Shown here: one piece after another, positions 39,101-51,500 of the stretch | Layout: every line of letters begins with the position of its first letter | Numbering within the stretch: the stretch's first letter is position 1 | The notes under the pieces: generated by a model | What the model saw: only the letters and a program-made list of their open reading frames with translations | Database searches by the model: none | Told to the model about the DNA's origin: nothing | Source of the DNA: Perna viridis | Taxonomy: Eukaryota | Assembly (NCBI GenBank): GCA_037379345.1 | Contig: CM074514.1 | Coordinates: forward strand, 19,344,001 to 19,408,000 | DNA length: 64,000 nt | Direction of reading: 5' to 3' | Made by a program: the position numbers and the translations under genes

Positions 39101-42100
39101 TTTTGCCGTAATATTTTTTGTTTATATTCTTGGTGCAAAAGAAAAAAAGGAAGGACCTAAATTTTCTCAAATAAAAAGGCAGGATAGAACATTTGATCTT
39201 AGCTCCCCCCCTCTAGAAGTCAAATGGTTGCTCCCATATGTGATTTAAATAACCACATTTAGAAAAGTACTGGTATATGTAAATTTGGAACATAATTTGC
39301 AACCGTTAGGTAGGCGACCTACTTACTTTTGCACCCACATCCTGAAACATTGCCTTGGAATCAGGATTCATCTACTGGTATATTAGTACCATGTCTTCCT
39401 CCCAACCAATGCCATGTCTTTTTCTGTCATGAATTTGCATGTCATTCTGTTGTACATTTGATTTATAATATTGCCTTAGGGTAACTTAAAATACAACAAA
39501 ACCATAAGCTTATACAAAACAAGTACTGGTTCTATTCAGCAAGATCACATTTTTAAAAGTTGAATCAGGAGAATAGAACATTTCTTTCTATCTGAAAAAA
39601 AAACCATAGAGAACAATACAATCATCGCAGCAGTTACCATTGATTGGCATCTATCATAAATGTTCATTAAAAACTGACTGCTCTATTCCTATGATTGTAT
39701 TGTTGGGTATTAGTCAGATCTGGCATATGTGATACATCTATTTACCGCAAAGATACCACATAAACAACCCAACATAACAGAGGAATGTATTTTATTTCAT
39801 ACATGTGTATATTTATACTGAAAATATGATTTAGAAGCTTGTTTTTATCTTGACATGGCTGTGTTTTGCATCATAATTCAATGAAGTGGAATATAAATGC
39901 AATGAAACTCTTCTCCATTTGAGAGGGTATACTATAGTCAAAGACGGGTAAAAATGCATACGTGAAGTTTCTTTAGAACTGATGCCTTTCATGTTCAGTC
40001 AAGGAACAGAAGAGACATGGATATATAGTTTATTTAGTAGGGCCACTTTTTTAGGCTGTAGGATCTTGATATCACATCATTTTACATCTTGTACTATCTG
40101 GAATCATTGTATTTTTTGCTATATCTTTGCCTATTTTAATTATACCCTTGCTTGCAATGTAATTGCAGTGTGGATACTTCTGTTACCCTTCTCTTATATT
40201 TTCTTCCTCCTACACTACTGAATGGAATTTAATGAAACTTTCACAGAACATTTATTAAATATTTGAGGTGTGCACCTCATGTTTCAGATTTTGATCTGAA
40301 TGTTTTTGACTTTGTCTTCTTACGCAGAATCTTGATTACTTTTTCCCACTTTTCAGGTCCTATGAAGGATACCTACAAATTACCGAACTATTTCAGGTTT
40401 TGATCCAGGTCAGTTTGGAGGACTTCAATGGGGTAGTGGGTGTATAAGTTTAGTGAGCACTGATCCCAATGTTTTTAGTTAAACTTTACCATATTATTAT
40501 TGTTTCATGATGTGTTATATAATCTTACTCATGCTGTCTTGTTACTTCATGTATACCTTTCATTTTGCAGAATCTGAATGGAAGACCAGTCCAGTTCAAT
40601 GGAGAAGATAGATCACCAGTGCCTTATCACCTGATTAATGATATGAAGACTGCTAATTCTATAAGTCCCACCAACTCTAATAGAAATAGTGCTGCCTCCA
40701 GTGACTCAGGGAGGGGCTACAGTACAGGTCATGGGGAACCCAGAGTAAGTAAACACTCTGTCTAACATTTAAAAAAACATTAGTTCTCCCTCCGGTGACT
40801 TAGGGTGGGGCTATAGTACCTGTCAAGTGAAACCCTGAGTAACTATACACTCTATCCCACACTGAAATAAAATAGTGCTCCATCCAGGGACTTGGGGGAG
40901 GGCTATAACTGCAGGCATAGGGAAACCAGGATAAGTATATTGTCTTGTCTCACACTTACAATAAGTAGTTCTCCCTCCAGTTACTTTTGCAGGGCTACAG
41001 TGCCAGTCGTTGGGAACCCATGGTAAGTAAACACTGTCCTACACTTAGTAAGATAAGTGCTCTTTCCATTGACTCAGGGAAGGCTACAGTATAGGTCATG
41101 GGGTACCAAGAACAAGTATTCATTTTGTCTCCCGACTTCATACAATTTAAGATCTTAGTGAATTTTGTTGTTGAAGAAAGTCAAGCTGACAAGTCAAAAT
41201 TATCTTGTTAAAATTTTGATGCTATACATCATATTTTAACAGCAGATATATCTAAGTTTTGATTTGCAAAATCATAAAATCTTTAAAAAAAATAGATAAC
41301 ACTTTTCTATTAATAGCCAATGGTGATTCATTCAAATTTCCATCAACATAAATTTCAGGAAAAAGAAGTTTTAAGTTTGGCATCATTAGATTAGAATTCA
41401 CATAATAATTATAACTTTGAAGAATCACATGTCTTCTTTGTATCAGTAAAAGCGTACATTAACTGCTTTGTATTAGAGAGGAAATCCCATTATAGACATC
41501 CAGTAAACAAAATCAGGATTTAGTTGTCAATATCTTCATGTTATCTGACTTTTTGATTGCAACATTTAAAAGTTAACCTGAAACACTATGCATACTGTTG
41601 TATTTGATATAAATTATAGGGTTGGTTTTGTTTTAAATATTCTCCCCTCCCTATTTTTACCTGACACTGATTTAGGGTTGAGGTAAATTGCTGCAGAAAC
41701 TACTATAGATCAAGGGGCACCTGTTCCAATTCAGAAAACTTCTCCATTTGATTTCTACTTTATTTCCTGTAATTTACTTATCTAATCATCGTTCTACATC
41801 ATAACATAAAAAAACATCTTTGAACATGTCTTACTCAATAATGAAATAGGAAAAAATATCTTTGGTTTGATGTTCATAATTTCAAGAGTAACATCTACAT
41901 CTTGTATTTGTTCATATCCCTATGGATTGTAATGTCGATCAAGGCTGTGTTTAATGGCAGGATTATAATGATAAAGGCATATGTTTTTCTAATGTCGTAT
42001 GATGGTGCACACTATTGTAAGTTTCTGATACATTTATTAAGGATTTTAAAAAACATTGATAGTATAGTGTAGTCTGTGTGAAACTTGATTAACTCTACAG

Positions 42101-42528
42101 TCGGGTCTGTTATGCTATTTTTGAAGGATTTTAGAAATTTGATTGTTATTTAATCACTTGCTTCCAAAATCATCTTTCTGTTGAGCCAGAGTGATTAATG
42201 ATATTAGAAATTGGGTAAGATAAGTTGTTTTCTTTTTTTGAAACTATTTTATAACATCATACAAGTAATTTGTACTGAATGCCTCATAGTATGTGAAGTT
42301 TCTAACTATCAGTCATCTTTTACCAGTGTATGTTTTTCAAAGGTTGTGTTTCAATAGATCTATTGTAATGTAAATATCTATCATTGTCACAAGGAAGTGG
42401 TAAGATATTGATTCTTCTGTAGAAATACCATTTGTGTTTTCCGCATATCAAAATCATTGTGAAAAATTCCAATGAAGTCTTATTTAAAATGGATGTTACA
42501 GCATTGTTCTTGCCGTGCGGACATTAAA

Positions 42529-42560
<32 letters not shown>

Positions 42561-45500
42561 ACTTATAAACTTTCTTGATTATGCATATGTTCCAAAAGGT
42601 TTGTTATTGGTAGAAAATTCATGTAAGTCAGCATCTGACAGAGAGTAATCATGGATACATGGCCATGACATACTGAGCATCTGAGGGTAATCATGGATAC
42701 ATGACCATGACATACTGAGCATCTGACAGAGGGTAATCATGGATACATGACCATGACATACTAAGCATCTGAGGGTAATCATGGATACATGGCCATGACA
42801 TACTAAGCATCTGAGGGTAATCATGGATACATGACCATGACATACTGAGCATCTGACAGAGGGTAATCATGGATATATGGCCATGACATACTGAGCATCA
42901 GAGAGTAATCATGGATACATGGCTATTACATACTGAGCATCTGACAGAGGGTAATCATGGATACATGGCCATGACATACTGAGCATCTGACAGAGGGTAA
43001 TCATGGATACATGGCCATGACATACTGAGCATCTGACAGAGGGTAATCATGGATACATGGCCATGACATACTAAGCATCTGACAGAGGGTAATCATGGAT
43101 ACATGGCCATGACATACTGAGCATCTGACAGAGGGTAATCATGGATACATGGCCATGACATACTAAGCATCAGAGGGTAATCATGGATACATGACCATGA
43201 CATACTGAGCATCTGACAGAGGGTAATCATGGATACATGGCCATGACATACTAAGCATCTGACAGAGGGTAATCATGGATGCATGGCCATGACATACTAA
43301 GCATCTGACAGAGGGTAATCATGGATACATGGCCATGACATACTGAGCATCTGACAGAGGGTAATCATGGATACATGGCCATGACATACTGAGCATCTGA
43401 CAGAGGGTAATCATGGATACATGGCCATGACATACTAAGCATCTGACAGAGGGTAATCATGGATACATGACCATGACATACTAAGCATCTGACAGAGGGT
43501 AATCATGGATACATGGCCATGACATACTAATTTAAGGGCCACATCTCATAGATTGTTTGTTTTGATGAAGCTTTCTTTACCGGGTTCCTTCGTATAATGA
43601 AATCACATATAAAAACAAAGAACTGTATAATTATTCCTACTACTTACAGTTCTCAAACCCTATAGCCATATCTTACAGGTTAAAACCTCTGATTGCAATC
43701 AGTAATGTAGTATGAATCTATATTATGTGTATTGGTTAAGTATAGAACTCATTACCCTCATGAGAAAAGTGTGAGAAGTAGCAGATAATCCTTTAACGAG
43801 AAAATTATTCATAAGTAAGTGCATGTTATGTTGAAGAGATACTGACTAAAATATTATTCTTGACACAACCACCATTATACTGACTGTGTTACATAATTTT
43901 CTGTTTCAGTCTCCACATAATTATGTAAATGTTCAGATAGTGAACCAGCATCGCCTGTCTGGCCAGAGCTACGAGTCTGGTGTGTCATCTAGACAGAGTT
44001 ATCATAGTACCTCCAGTTCTAGTGTTGGTAGTTTGGACAGGCTTGAAGAAACAGGACCTACCTCAAACATTAACGTAGCAGAATTATTCCATTCCGGCAT
44101 GCAGGTAAGATCTATGCAGAACTTCTGATTTAAGCCTAAGGACATTTATACAGATAAATCTCAACTTGTTCACTCATACTCACATTATAGCTTTTAAGTG
44201 TAAGTGTTTGTAAGAATCAGGCAAAATGGGAAAAATCAGTTTGTTTGTTGGGGTTTAACGTCCGAGCAGCAATATTTCAGCTATATTCAGACGATGAACA
44301 TGAAATTGATGATAAAATGAACATGAAATGATGATGAAATGATAAAGGGATGGGACACAAGGACCATGGGGTCGTCAAATTTTGATTGCCACTGGAAATA
44401 GGGAGAAGTGGGTACGGTCGGGCAATTTAGCCTCCTGTGGCGGAGCCTTATGGTTCCTACTCCGGGAGAATACCACAGTAGGGTTCTTTAATGTGCGAGG
44501 AACGTGGCATCTTTCCCAACATGGTGCACCACTATGGTTTGCGGTCAGGTTTTCCGTATTATAGCCTGACAACCCCAGCATGTAACATGCCAGGGGTACC
44601 CCATTCCACCACCTGGGGCACACATCCCAGTTGCTCTGTGGGCAGAGCACCCTAGTCCCCGGCTAGGGTTCTGAGCACTATTTAGTCGCCGTTTACGACA
44701 AGCTTAGCGCTGCTGCAGGCATATTTTTTTAACACCCGGACCTGCACAGGGCGGAAAAATCTGGTATGGTAAATCTTCTCTGTTTTCCTTGATTCTGTTG
44801 GTGAAAATAGTGGTGGGTTTTTTCATACCATGTTTCACCACTGCCTGATTCTTACAGAGACTGACACTTAAGACACTACAGTCTTTCATGATGTAAATGG
44901 TACTGATCTTTGAATGAAAGCAACATAGATCTATTAAGAACTTGTAAGTGTACACTTGTTCTGGATGTGACTTTTTATGAGCAATTCAGTTGGTGTTTCT
45001 AGAAAAGCAATAGACTCTTATCCTACCAGTTCACCTCGTCCATGATACCAGTTTTTTGTGAAGTCCAGGCTGCTCATTTTCTTCTGTTTCTTAGTGTGTG
45101 TTTTTTTATTGTTTCATGTTCTTTGTTGTATGTATGTGCCTATTTTGCCTGTCTAGTCTTTATTTTTATTATCTTTTGAATATGTTCTTTTTATTTCCGC
45201 TCATATCTTGGTTCCTTTGATTCCTCTATACTAGAATGAAATCTTGCATCATGGGTTACTGTAGAACATTTTCAGAACAACCTCCAAACTTTTATTTACG
45301 AGACAAATCAATATGTGTCAATTCCTTGTACTTTACCTCTTTACTGTGGAAACAAGAATATGAATATCTATGTTATTATTGATATTTGGCATATGATACT
45401 GTTGTTATTATGTTTAGAACTACCAAAAATCAACATTTTATACCAGATATCCTCCTTGGCTCCACTTAACTTACTGCAGAAATTCTGTGGCCTTGCTGTA

Positions 45501-48500
45501 GTGATTCAATTCTGAGATATCAAAGTCTACTCAATGTATTGTAAAGTGAAGTAATTGTTTTGATGTACTTCCCACCTGGTTTTCCTTACCTGCCCACACA
45601 GACTTCACTATAGCTGATGTGACTTTTTATCTAATAGTTAACTAACATGAGCTTAAATTAAAAATTTGGCTGCTGTTGAATTTAAACAGCATAAGGCACC
45701 ATGCATAGGAGAATATACCATTAGAGATAAAATGGTTTGGCATACTGTTGTGACTTCCTTGTAAATTGAATCAAATACACTTCAGTCTGGAATTACATTC
45801 AGACATTGGCTCAAACCTCGTTCAGTACACTGTGTTGATTTCTATGAAAAGGCATCTCTTCCATGACTATTTTAGCCTCTATACATATGTATAAGTCCAG
45901 TCTGTATGTAATTACCAGTTATTAAAGCTGATATGTATTGCATTGCATTGTCCACACAGTAAACCAACTTATTTTTTGGGATAACCGGTAAATTTTGTCC
46001 TATGTTTTGTCATTGCTCACAAAATTACAGGAAAATTAGTTGGTTTGCAGTACTAGCAAATACCAGTATGTGTCTATTACGGTAATATTGTAATTTCACA
46101 TGTATGCTTTTTTATGCCATTGCAGGACCATGAAATTCTTAAAACATGGCTTAGAGACTTGAGATACGAGGAGTATTTTGGTCTGTTCATACAAGCTGGA
46201 TATGACATGAGAACTATATCTAGAATGACCCCTGAGGTAAGTTTTTTGGTTTGCTTATCTATATAGTGTAAATTATGTACTATATATCTTTACTATTAAA
46301 ATAAAGGGGACCATGAATTGCTGATAAAATGAAGGTTTGTAGCACCTGCTTCCTTCAATAAGAGTAACATCAGAAGAATCAGCTTCAAACTAATTACATG
46401 TCTGATTTTAAATTGTCAGTATATGAAGAATTTAATAGGCTATGAGCACATCCCTTCAGAAATTGATTTTTGAAATTTTAAACTGAGTTATCTTAACAGC
46501 TGGTGTATATCAAAGCATTGATGACAGCATCTCTATCTCATAAACAACATGTTTTTCTCAGAGAAAGATTTTTTCCAAGATTTCTGAATTAGTTTGTCAA
46601 CAAGAGTTTAAGATTTAAAATTTATGAATGAATGGATCAAGTCACATTGAGTGCATTTCTAATTCTGTCATTTTGACTGAGTTCCAAATGGAACTGGAAC
46701 TTTTTTCTTGAGAAAGTTTGTTGATACTGTGGTGGTCCATAAACTCTTTAACTTGAGCTGACAAGTATTGCTGCATTTATAAATGTTTCCACAGTTTTTT
46801 AGGGTTTTGATCTTTAAGGATCAAACTACTTATTGTGAGTGGTTAATCAGCAGAACTTCCCTACTGTTTCTGAACACTACTCAGAAAATAGTCCACATGT
46901 AAAATTCTTTTATATCAATCAATATATCTGTTAAATCAGTAAATATGTTTCAGGATATTATTCAGCTTAATGATATTCTATCATTACTGCAAATAAAAAT
47001 AAAAACTAGTCTTCAAATCAATGGAAGATTTGATGGACTTCTTTTTTTTTTTTTGCCTTAAAAGATGTTAAGTAAAAACTTTGCATTTAGGAAATTAAGC
47101 TTTGCAGAATGTGTCAAGAAACATTAAATGTGTTAAGCATGTTCCATTTAAAATGCCTTTTCTGTCAAATTCTTCATCGTTTCATTTATATTTTATGATT
47201 AATTAACAGGAAATGAAGAAGAGTAATTTTTACTAAGTAAAATTGGCATGAAAATAAAGTGTCTGTTTTTGGAAGATCTTATGTACATCTTGGAAATTAT
47301 TTTTTTAAGCTAAAATTGGTTTTATTTGAGAATAACTACAATATTGAAAAAAATACTCTGTTAAAATAGTTTTTGGATGTAATAGTAGATTATACTCCCT
47401 AAAATCAGTTTAAAGATTAACATTCAATTTAAACATTACTGAATTTTTAAAAAATTGGAAGGGAAATGCAAATTTATGATTACATTGTCATATTATCTTT
47501 GAAATCGACTGTGTATGCTTCTGTTTTCACAAGGATCAAAAACCTCCAGCACTAACAGCACTTGGAGTCTAGAATTTTTCTAGGTTTAAAGTAACTTCTT
47601 AATGGGATTGTTTGAAGGTAGTATTTGCATTTGAGGTAAAATATTTCAGTATCTTCTGTAGTAAACCCCTTGAATAATACTTTAAGTAATGGTAAAATGT
47701 ACACAAATACTGCATATAGCTTGTTTTAACTATTAAACATGCATGTACCAGTATGTTTTATAGGCAATCCAAAAAGGAACTCTTTAAGTTTAAATCTGAA
47801 AAGGAACTCCTTAATCTTTTTTTCATAAAGGAACTCCCTTAGTTACCTTAATACTTAATTTCAAATTTCTTTAACGCTATATGGTTTAATAAAAAAAATA
47901 TGAAAAATACTGAGTTCCATTGTCCTTTTCCAGTGAAATGTTAGAGCATCAGTGATGACGTAAAATTCTAGTGGTCTCTTGATATTAATGCTTTGAAAAT
48001 TAAATTTTATTATCAGAATAAAAGGAACGGGTTTATCAATTGGAAGAAAATGAGTTTAATATGCATTCCTCTGTATTGTGTTATGTACCTTTCTGTTTCA
48101 TATCACTGTTGTTAACAACAATAACAGTTGAAAAAAAACTTTCATATCTTTTAAAAAACAGATCCATTACATAATACCAACATCCTTAGAGAAGTTATAA
48201 GAGTAAATGGGCGTTTTACTTGGTGTAATTTTGGACAATGCTCAACAATGCTATTGTCTAATCTATTTTAAAAGTTATGTTATTGTTGATGAACCATTTG
48301 TGCAACATATTGATGTATAAATCTGTGTATAGGACCACAGGTGTTTAGGTGATGAATTAAGTATACCCAGATAGACAGGTTTTAGCACCAAGGCTGGTTA
48401 TAAATTTTCCTGTGTTATGTAATACTGATTTATTTATTCATACTTGAAACACTTCCAACTTCCTATAAAATAAACAACCTTATAAAATAGTACATGTTAT

Positions 48501-51500
48501 ATGACTAAGTTATATATTGGTACAAGTCAGGACTTAATTCATCCAAAGGAGCAAAAATATCAGCAATAGACTGAGAGACAAACAATACATAGTCCATTGT
48601 TATTTTGTTAAATGTTTCTAAGTCTTGCTGTCTTTGGGTGAAAGTTTAACACTCTTCTCAGGTGCAGGTTCAGGGGAAAAAACCTGGGTAGAATGTTCTT
48701 TTTTTTAATATTGACCCTCTGTTATGTCTGAAGACTGTCATATTGGTCAAGGATAGTTGTATTGGTTTCAAGCTAGAAGAACCTGGCATATGTCATCAAT
48801 CAAAGTTCATTTTGGTCTTTGTGGTCTTTTGGTTAAGTTATTGTTTTGCCTGATTTTATTTAAGGGTGATATTTCGTGAAAACTATACATGTACTAGTAT
48901 GATGAGAAACATTATAACTGAGTATAGAGATGGATTAAAGTAGATAACCTTAAGTCTTGGTTAATGCTCTCATTATAGCAGTATGTTAAGAGCTATTTAT
49001 TTATATTGGATAGGTTCCAATATGTCCAGTAATGACCACTAAAAACTTGCTTCAATCATGATGATCATGAAGTATGTTTGATACAGAGAACTGCTTTATC
49101 AAACAAATCACTTACCAGAGGTTAAAGGGTGTTTATGAAAAAAATTTGGTTGTGTGATAAAACTGCTCTTTATTTATGAACTAATGAATTTCTGATGAGT
49201 TTAAGGTGGTATTGGATTAACTTGGTGAACATTTTTGTAAACATCCTTCAAATTAACCTTAATCATTTCTAGTTTGGTTTCTTTGGTATTTCATGTGATG
49301 ATGATTTTTTAAATACTTTTTAGGACTTGACTGCAATAGGAATAACCAAACCTGGTCACAGAAAAAGATTGAAGGCTGAGATTGCAAGATTAAACATCAG
49401 TGACGGTTTACCAGACTTTAGACCTGTATGTATATATAAGAAAATAAAAACAAAAAAATTCCATGATCAAGTATTGAACCATAACAAGCTTAAAACATCA
49501 AGGGAACACACTGAGCAAAAGTTTTCACACAGCCTTATACAGATCCAAAAGTTGTCTCCAGAGATGTCAAGTTTATTTTTAAAAGCTTACCACAAAATAA
49601 AATAAATCAATGTGTAAATACATCTGTCCTGTGGATGTTCAAATAGTTTGATGATTACCTCGTGTCAAGCCTGAACCAGCTATCCAGCAAACATACCATG
49701 TGGGCAAAACTCCTCCATAGTTGTTTTAAGGATTTGATTTAATTTTATATAAAGTTCTTGGATTTTATATAGAATGTAGAGTGTCCTTGAATGATTAAAG
49801 TGTACATTAAAATCATAGGTGAACATACTCATTAGCTAAAAATTCATAACATGCAAAAAGAAAAAGTGATACCCCTATCTACAACCTGTTCCTAATCTTG
49901 GAACTGAATCTAATCATTAATTTGTATCTTGGTATGTTAATGGACAATCTTATGCCATTATTGCCTTGCAGAACTCTTTTAGATAACCCTTTTGACTCTT
50001 TGTACTTTAAGAATTTTTAGTTTATTGATTGATGGGATAAAACTTGCTAATTGCTATTATATGTTCAGAGAAAGATACTTAGATGCTGAAATGTTTTGAA
50101 GTGGTATCTCCTCATTAAAATTCCTTCTCTGTACTTTCACTTCATTTCATGTTGAAACTTCAATTCATTGATTGCTGATTTATTTAAATGTAGAATTGTT
50201 TTCACTTTTGATTTAAGAAACAGAAAGGTGAATTCTGATATTGAAAACTGATAAACAAAAAGCAGAAAATGTTGAACTTTTTGGGGGATAAATTTAAGGG
50301 AAAATTATGATTTCATGCAAAAGAATACATTTTTTTCAGTATGGTATTGGGGTTATTTTGTGCAAAACCAAATTTTCATGCTAAGAAGACACATTTTTCA
50401 AATTTCATTTTTTTTGGGTTGGGGGGGGGGGGGGGTTGGGTATGGGGCATCTTCATCCCTCTGAATCTGCCATAGTCATTGCAATTGTTGTACATGTATT
50501 ATTCTACCAAACCTTAATCCATACTTATTAATGAGAAACAAAACAAAAACAGATGATTAATGACTTTTTCTTACAGAATACTGTAGAAGAGTGGTTACAT
50601 TTGTTAAATCTAGAACAATATTACAAGACCCTGACCAGCCAGGGGTATGCTGACATGGAAAGTGTAACTGATATCAGCTGGGAAGATCTAGAGGAAATTG
50701 GCATATCAAAATTAGGTAAGTCTTCACTCTGTTTACCTGGTAAAAAGGTGAGGTAAATTCTCATTGATAGTTGGCTTTTTTAAGTCTTTTTCATAGTAAA
50801 GAAAGGACAGATAAATAAGAATTATTAGAAAACCGTAGATATCATTTGCTTTTTTTGTTTGAGGAAGTGGATTAATACCATTACTTAGAAAAACAATGTA
50901 ATTATAAATGCGTTGTCTTCAGTGTGTAACTTTGCTCATCAAGACTTGCATATACTGTACATTAAAAAAAATTGTATTTTGATATTCTAGGGCTGAAATT
51001 ATATAATTATATGAATTAAGTAGTTAAATTGGTTACACTTTGATTCTAAGATTTACAAAAATATGCAAGAAATAGCACTGGTAAATTCTTCCACCTACTG
51101 TTACATTGTTGTCAATTTTTTTTTATCATATTTGGTGATAAGATTCATGCAGAGAATACAACAAAACACCCAGCATATTGTAATTTCTTAAATTACTGAA
51201 ATTATTTCTAATTTAGGTCACCAGAAAAAGATCATGCTGGCAGTTGACAGATTAAAAAGAATTGTATCTAATGCTAAGAGAATGTCAACGGTTGATGGTA
51301 AGAGGGGATCCTCTGACGTCCTGGATCCTCCAGTATCAAATAGTCCAAACAGACACTCTGGTGAGGCCTTGTACAGTCATAGACCACGAAAATCATCTTC
51401 TGGAGACAGTATAAACACAAGTGAATATATGTACAATCATTCACCAGTGCCTGGACGACAGAGAGGTAGCGATGGAAGTTTAGACTCCTGTTTCTTTCCA

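Noticed and set aside
40357-40460. Possible exon after TTTTCAG at 40356
   Set aside because: No convincing donor or Caskin-like peptide; looks like a decayed repeat end
42579-42824. Repetitive ORF ([14 protein letters not shown])n
   Set aside because: Read-through of the 46/42-bp minisatellite
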